NCBI GenBank assembly: GCA_963706595.1
Contig: OY970166.1
Coordinates: 4,032,001 to 4,096,000, forward strand
Length of the DNA stretch: 64,000 nt
From: an uncultured cyanobacterium
GTDB lineage: Bacteria; Cyanobacteriota; Cyanobacteriia; Cyanobacteriales; Nostocaceae
Direction of reading: 5' to 3'
This document shows, piece by piece, positions 58,840 through 64,000 of the stretch. A model generated the notes under the pieces. The model made no database searches. It was not told the origin of the DNA and saw nothing but the letters and a program-made list of their open reading frames with translations. The position numbers and the translations under genes are program-made. Position 1 is the stretch's first letter. Each line of letters starts with the position of its first letter.

Positions 58840-60333
58840 ATGAGTGAATTTAATAAGCAAAAACTACTGGAATTAATCGTGGATATCGCCCCAGGTTGGG
58901 GTATTGCTGAACACGAAAGCTATAATGAAGATAAATTCTTAAAAAACTTTTTGCCCATAGCAGATTATCGTCTTGTTTTAGAACCGAATATATTATTAAT
59001 ACTAGGAGGACGTGGGGTAGGAAAAACAGAATTATTTCGTTTACTGGCAATGCCTTTAGGACGAAAATCTTTGGTTGAAAGCTTGGAAATCAGATCCTTA
59101 CCTACTTTGAGCAAAACAACATGGATAGCTGGTTTTGGAAGGACTCGCACAGCAGAAAAGCGATTTCCAACGCCAGAGAGTGTTGAAAGACAAATGGATA
59201 AGGCGACAAAGATTGAATGGCGTAGCTTCTGGATTGGTTTAATTTTAGGTGTATTATTACAGCAAGAAGATTTTAAGTTCAAAAATTTTCTGATTGAACA
59301 AATAGATCCAGAAATAGCCAACATTCTTAGAGATAACTTATCTCTCTTATCAATCTGGCAACCTATAGTTAATCAACATCTTGAAAAATTAAATTCTGTT
59401 TTGGATAAATTAGATCAAAAACTCACAGAAGAAGATGATTGGTTATTTGTAACTTATGATGAATTAGACCGATTAGTTGCTTCCTATACTGCCTTAGCAA
59501 GCCCAATTCGTGAACTTTTAGCTTTGTGGCTTGATCGATGGCGACGTTGGGATAGAATACGACCTAAAATATTTTTGCGTACTGATCTGTTTCGAGAAGA
59601 TTTTTTGAGTTTTCCTGATGCTTCCAAACTGCAAGCCCATCAAATCCGATTGGAATGGAAACATTCATGGCTTTATCAATTGTTGGTCAAACGACTTGCT
59701 AACTCTGGTACTGAAATGACGGAATATTTGCAAAATATCCCAGAGTTAATTATTGAAAACAAAACTGGTTTGGGCTGGACTGCAACATCAAATGAAAAAT
59801 TATTTGAAGAACTAATCGAAAGGATGATTGGTAAGTATATGGGGGCTAATGCTAAAAAAGGAATTACCTATCGCTGGATTCCTAATCACCTTCAGGATGC
59901 TGGTGGTAGAATTTCGCCACGTTCTTTTCTTAAATTATTTGCCTTAGCTGCACAAAGTCGAATACCACATTTGTCTTTTATTGAACAAAATACACTACTT
60001 TTACAACCCTCTGATTTACAAGGGGCTTTAATGCATACTTCAGATGATAGAATTAGGGAATTACAGGAAGAGTATCCTTGGTTAGAATCTCTCAAGACGA
60101 GCTTAGAAAATCTGAAAGTTCCTATGCAAAAAGAAGTATTTTTAGATGCTATAAAATCTACTACGTGGACTCCTGAAAAACGACCACCTGTAACTAAGTC
60201 TGAAGAAATTTTGCAATATTTACTTCAACTTGGAATTGTAGAAATTCGTTCTGATGGACGTATTAATATCCCCGAAATCTATTTGTATGGATTTAAAGTT
60301 AAACGCAAAGGTGGGCTGAAACGTCCCAAGTAG
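58840..60333 (+). CDS. P-loop ATPase (STAND-like/Sll1717-like)
   Basis: GGRGVGKT, FVTYDELD, KIFLRTD and a C-terminal wHTH-like segment. Confidence 0.8.
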   Translation: MSEFNKQKLLELIVDIAPGWGIAEHESYNEDKFLKNFLPIADYRLVLEPNILLILGGRGVGKTELFRLLAMPLGRKSLVESLEIRSLPTLSKTTWIAGFGRTRTAEKRFPTPESVERQMDKATKIEWRSFWIGLILGVLLQQEDFKFKNFLIEQIDPEIANILRDNLSLLSIWQPIVNQHLEKLNSVLDKLDQKLTEEDDWLFVTYDELDRLVASYTALASPIRELLALWLDRWRRWDRIRPKIFLRTDLFREDFLSFPDASKLQAHQIRLEWKHSWLYQLLVKRLANSGTEMTEYLQNIPELIIENKTGLGWTATSNEKLFEELIERMIGKYMGANAKKGITYRWIPNHLQDAGGRISPRSFLKLFALAAQSRIPHLSFIEQNTLLLQPSDLQGALMHTSDDRIRELQEEYPWLESLKTSLENLKVPMQKEVFLDAIKSTTWTPEKRPPVTKSEEILQYLLQLGIVEIRSDGRINIPEIYLYGFKVKRKGGLKRPK

Positions 60334-60419
60334 CGTAATTGAAAATAATGATTCGTTGATGTATTGCTCATGATTCGATGTACCAAATTCTGGTAATAAT
60401 GTAATTATTCATTATCAAT

Positions 60420-61583
60420 CTAACCAAATAATCTTTGCCAAGTTAATTGTTTCGTGTTTTCATCTTTATGCCAGCGCAACAAATTGGCGGCTGGATTAGA
60501 AATAATTCCGGGTAAATTTATCGCTTTTCTAGGTGCATTTGTAGCTAAGGCGATCGCACTTTCTAAATCACACACTCCCCAGTTTACCAAATTTTGCACT
60601 CCCACTAATAAGGGTAAAGTTGTCCCTGATAAAGTTCCATCCGCTAATCTGGCTGTACCGTTTTTCACTTCAATTTGCCGACTGTCCCAAGGATACACGC
60701 CATCGGGTAGCCCCAGAGGTGCGAGGGCATCACTGACCAAAAATAGCCCTTGTGCTTGATGGCTGGCGCGGAGGAGAATTTGCAGCATTGTGGGTGTAAC
60801 GTGTTCACCGTCGGCAATGAAACCACACATCACATCAGGATGGGTAATTGCTGCACCTAATAGTCCCGGTTCGCGGTGATGTAATGGCGGCATAGCGTTG
60901 AAAGCATGAGTTACCATTGTTGCCCCCTGGTTAAAAGCCGCTTGTGCTTGGGCTGCTGTCGCCTGGGAATGCCCTAAACTGACAATTATCCCCAAAGAAC
61001 GCAAATATGGGATTACTTCCCCGGTAGTGTCTAATTCTGGGGCTAAAGTAATTACTTTGACAACATGGGCATAATCACCCAAAACTCTGTTTACTTGCTC
61101 AATTGTCAGAGGTAACAAATATTCGGCTGGGTGTGCGCCCCGCTTTTGGTAATTTAAAAATGGACCTTCTAAATGTACCCCCAGAATCTTTGCACCTATT
61201 TTTTGTGTGGGAATCAGATCAGCTATGATGGCGATCGCACGCTGGATATTTTCGACTGAAGTTGTCACTACAGTGGGCAAAAATCCATCTACCCCAACAT
61301 CCCAGAGAAATTGCGATATTTTAGGGATAATATCCGCATTTTCCGCCTTTAAATCGGGAAAAGCCAAACCCAACGCCCCATTAATCTGTAAATCCACACC
61401 GCCCAAAGAAATCCAATCACCAGCGACATCTAGCAAAGACTCACATCCAGTCAATGCCGTACTCATGGGTAAGATTTGCTCAATTATCCCTTCATGGTTA
61501 ACTAAAATTCTTTGTAAATCTTGATAACTAGGTACTCGTGCATTGATAATACATAACGGGTTTTGTGTTGCTTTGGTCATCAC
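60420..61583 (-). CDS. nagA: N-acetylglucosamine-6-phosphate deacetylase
   Basis: HLEGPF, GAHP, THAFNAM and IADGEH. Confidence 0.93.
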   Translation of the reverse strand: MMTKATQNPLCIINARVPSYQDLQRILVNHEGIIEQILPMSTALTGCESLLDVAGDWISLGGVDLQINGALGLAFPDLKAENADIIPKISQFLWDVGVDGFLPTVVTTSVENIQRAIAIIADLIPTQKIGAKILGVHLEGPFLNYQKRGAHPAEYLLPLTIEQVNRVLGDYAHVVKVITLAPELDTTGEVIPYLRSLGIIVSLGHSQATAAQAQAAFNQGATMVTHAFNAMPPLHHREPGLLGAAITHPDVMCGFIADGEHVTPTMLQILLRASHQAQGLFLVSDALAPLGLPDGVYPWDSRQIEVKNGTARLADGTLSGTTLPLLVGVQNLVNWGVCDLESAIALATNAPRKAINLPGIISNPAANLLRWHKDENTKQLTWQRLFG

Positions 61584-61624
61584 ATTAGTTAGCTAAAATC
61601 TAAAATCTAAAATCTAAAATTAAC

Positions 61625-62146
61625 ATGGCTCCTCTTATCGGTATTATTATGGGCAGCGATTCAGACTTGCCCACCATGAAAGATGCGATCGCAATTTGTG
61701 CAGAATTTGGTGTAGAAGTCGAAGTAGCCATTGTTTCCGCCCATCGGACTCCAGAACGCATGGTGCAGTATGCCCAACAAGCCCATCAACGAGGGCTAAA
61801 AGTGATTATTGCCGGCGCAGGCGGTGCAGCCCATCTTCCCGGAATGGTAGCATCTTTAACCCCACTGCCTGTAATTGGCGTTCCCGTAGCGACTCGCAAC
61901 TTACAAGGTATTGATTCTTTATATTCCATTGTCCAGATGCCTGGAGGTATCCCAGTGGCAACAGTGGCAATCGGTAACGCTAAAAATGCTGGACTGTTAG
62001 CAGTGCAAATTCTGGCGACTCAGCAACCAGAATTACTCGAAAAAGTCCAACAATACCGCCAAAATCTTTCGGAATCGGTAATGGCAAAGCAAGCCAAACT
62101 AGAACAGATGGGCTATGAAAAATATTTGCAACAAGAATTGTTATAG
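61625..62146 (+). CDS. purE: N5-CAIR mutase
   Basis: MGSDSD, SAHRTP and [11 protein letters not shown]. Confidence 0.97.
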   Translation: MAPLIGIIMGSDSDLPTMKDAIAICAEFGVEVEVAIVSAHRTPERMVQYAQQAHQRGLKVIIAGAGGAAHLPGMVASLTPLPVIGVPVATRNLQGIDSLYSIVQMPGGIPVATVAIGNAKNAGLLAVQILATQQPELLEKVQQYRQNLSESVMAKQAKLEQMGYEKYLQQELL

Positions 62147-62512
62147 CACGACCAAAAAAGGCAGGGGAGAAGAGGAACGGGGGCAGGGTGCAGGGGGCAG
62201 GGGAGAAGAGGAATGGTTGTTAAGTAACCGGAAGTTGAAAATAATTTCTTACTCCCCCTTGCTCCCTGCTCCCTGCTCCCCCGCTTCTTCTTTGACAGCA
62301 AGAGCTATTTGTTGATTTTTGCGGGTTCTTCTAGCAGCAAGTCAGCATGGAAACGTGACTTGATACTAACAAGTTATTCATCTTTTTTAGCCAAACTTAA
62401 TAATCTGCTTGACTTTTGGCTTTTAAAGTCAGAGAATGCTGACAAGGCAAAGGATACAGCTTCTGGCAAAGAATACTTACAGGCCACGACAGCAGTCAAA
62501 AAAACTAAAAAA

Positions 62513-62526
62513 GTATCTGCTAATAC
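62513..62526 (+). promoter_or_regulatory. Candidate NtcA box
   Basis: GTA-TCTGCTAA-TAC (GTA-N8-TAC) upstream of amt. Confidence 0.55.
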
Positions 62527-62646
62527 AGAACTTTAGTGCAAGTAAATAGAAAATCAGTCAACTTTACAGGCAATTTTACCAACGATTGCCACATAAATTA
62601 CTCTAGATAATGCCCAGTTTTGGTCATGCAAAGAAGTAAGCTTGCA

Positions 62647-62660
62647 GTAATATTTTTTAC
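62647..62660 (+). promoter_or_regulatory. Second candidate NtcA box
   Basis: GTA-ATATTTTT-TAC. Confidence 0.4.
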
Positions 62661-62988
62661 TGCTTATTGTGGCTTTTACGTAAAACTTCTCATTTTTGGT
62701 ATTTGTCGTGCCGAAGTATGACTGTTTTTAGATGCAAAATTTCAGTAAAAGTGAAGGAGGCTTGAGCGTTTCAGAAACTCGATAATATTTGTCTTAATAA
62801 AATCATAAAAAAATATTTACAAATGTACCCATAGTTTCCTAAACTCCTATTGAGATTATGTGAATTTTATGCTTTGTCAGCTAGTAGTCTGCATGGCTAT
62901 CAAAAACCACTAATTTTAACTTGGGGAGTTGGTTTTTTGGCTAAACTTGTGTTTTTCTGTTCAAGGTTGGAGGCTGTAATTTAAACTC

Positions 62989-64000
62989 ATGTACAAACAA
63001 AAATTGAAAAGGAAAACTAGGCATCTATCTGCCAGAAAATCCGCTAAACGTACACAAATTAACTCAAAATTTCAGGAACTTAAACTAGGAATTAAGAAAC
63101 TTTCTCCTAGCTGGCAAGCCTGCTTACCTTTAGCTTGTTTGATTGTTTTGGGCTGGGGTTATGTTGCCGTTGCTCAAACACCAGATGCCGGACCAACCAC
63201 AGCAGAATTGAAAGTTGCGCTGGATACTCTTTGGGTAGCGATCGCCGCTTTTTTAGTATTCTTTATGAATGCTGGTTTCGGGATGTTAGAAACTGGCTTC
63301 TGTCGCCAGAAAAATGCCGTCAACGTTCTTTCTAAAAACTTAATTGTTTTTGCTCTAGCTAGTATTGCCTTTTGGGCAATTGGCTTTGGCATTATGTTCG
63401 GTGATGGCAATGACTTCTTCGGAATCTCTGGATTTTTCCTCTCAGGAGCAGATAACAGTCCTGTAACAGGCGATGCTTATCAAGGTGTCTTCAGTTCTCT
63501 GAGTTGGGCGGGTGTACCTTTAGCCGCCAAGTTTTTATTTCAATTGGCATTTGCGGGAACTGCGGCCACAATTGTTTCTGGTGCAGTTGCCGAACGGATT
63601 AAATTTGCTGACTTCTTAATCTTCAGCATCCTACTTGTAGGTATTGCCTACCCCATTACCGGACATTGGGTTTGGGGTGGTGGTTGGTTAAGTAAATTTG
63701 GATTCTGGGATTTTGCTGGTTCTACAGTCGTTCACTCCGTTGGTGGTTGGGCGGCTTTAATGGGAGCAGCATTTCTTGGTCCACGTATCGGTAAATATCA
63801 AGAACAGCAAGTTGTGGCTTTACCTGGTCACAATATGAGTATTGCCACCTTGGGCTGTTTAATTCTCTGGTTGGGCTGGTTTGGTTTTAACCCCGGTTCC
63901 ACAATGGCTGCTGATGGCAATGCGATCGCTCACATAGCTGTTACAACTAATATGGCTGCTGCTGCGGGTGCAGTTGCCGCTACAGGTACAGCTTGGATTT
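62989..64000 (+). CDS. amt: Ammonium transporter (3' end outside window; missing from the ORF track)
   Basis: ATG 62989 opens MYKQKLK...[19 protein letters not shown]...IVSGAVAER...[14 protein letters not shown]...WFGFNPGS. Confidence 0.95.
   Translation, partial: MYKQKLKRKTRHLSARKSAKRTQINSKFQELKLGIKKLSPSWQACLPLACLIVLGWGYVAVAQTPDAGPTTAELKVALDTLWVAIAAFLVFFMNAGFGMLETGFCRQKNAVNVLSKNLIVFALASIAFWAIGFGIMFGDGNDFFGISGFFLSGADNSPVTGDAYQGVFSSLSWAGVPLAAKFLFQLAFAGTAATIVSGAVAERIKFADFLIFSILLVGIAYPITGHWVWGGGWLSKFGFWDFAGSTVVHSVGGWAALMGAAFLGPRIGKYQEQQVVALPGHNMSIATLGCLILWLGWFGFNPGSTMAADGNAIAHIAVTTNMAAAAGAVAATGTAWI

Noticed and set aside
62113..62536. Short ORFs between purE and amt
   Set aside because: They derive from G-rich heptamer repeats and the amt promoter region and show no coding signature.
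1..64000. Frequent GCGATCGC octamer, and the many short ORFs nested in or antisense to long genes
   Set aside because: The octamer is the ordinary cyanobacterial HIP1 repeat; the nested ORFs are shadows of well-supported genes.

Overview
Chromosomal window from a heterocyst-forming cyanobacterium (Nostocales), judged from abundant HIP1 GCGATCGC octamers, heptamer tandem repeats, patA, susA and the cpcBACDEFG operon. Core genes include mfd (5'-truncated), susA, tRNA-His, cbiX-cobA, patA, a RluA synthase, the phycocyanin operon, ccmP, putA, chlM, nagA, purE and amt (3'-truncated). Accessory content comprises an intact IS200/IS605 element (tnpA plus tnpB), vapBC, a frameshifted ATPase + HNH (Septu/PtuAB-like) pair, a HEPN + deviant ParA + P-loop ATPase operon, a toxin/immunity-like islet after mfd, and many MITEs and short repeats. 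The most striking unexplained structure is about 500 nt of ORF-free DNA (11540-12060) just upstream of a repeat-bearing SPFH/slipin gene. It holds a tRNA-like cloverleaf with a non-decoding anticodon loop, two GAAA-tetraloop hairpins and a ~280-nt nested multi-stem RNA, suggesting an ncRNA-SPFH ribonucleoprotein system. All calls come from reading the sequence and motif recall; no database searches or folding programs were run.
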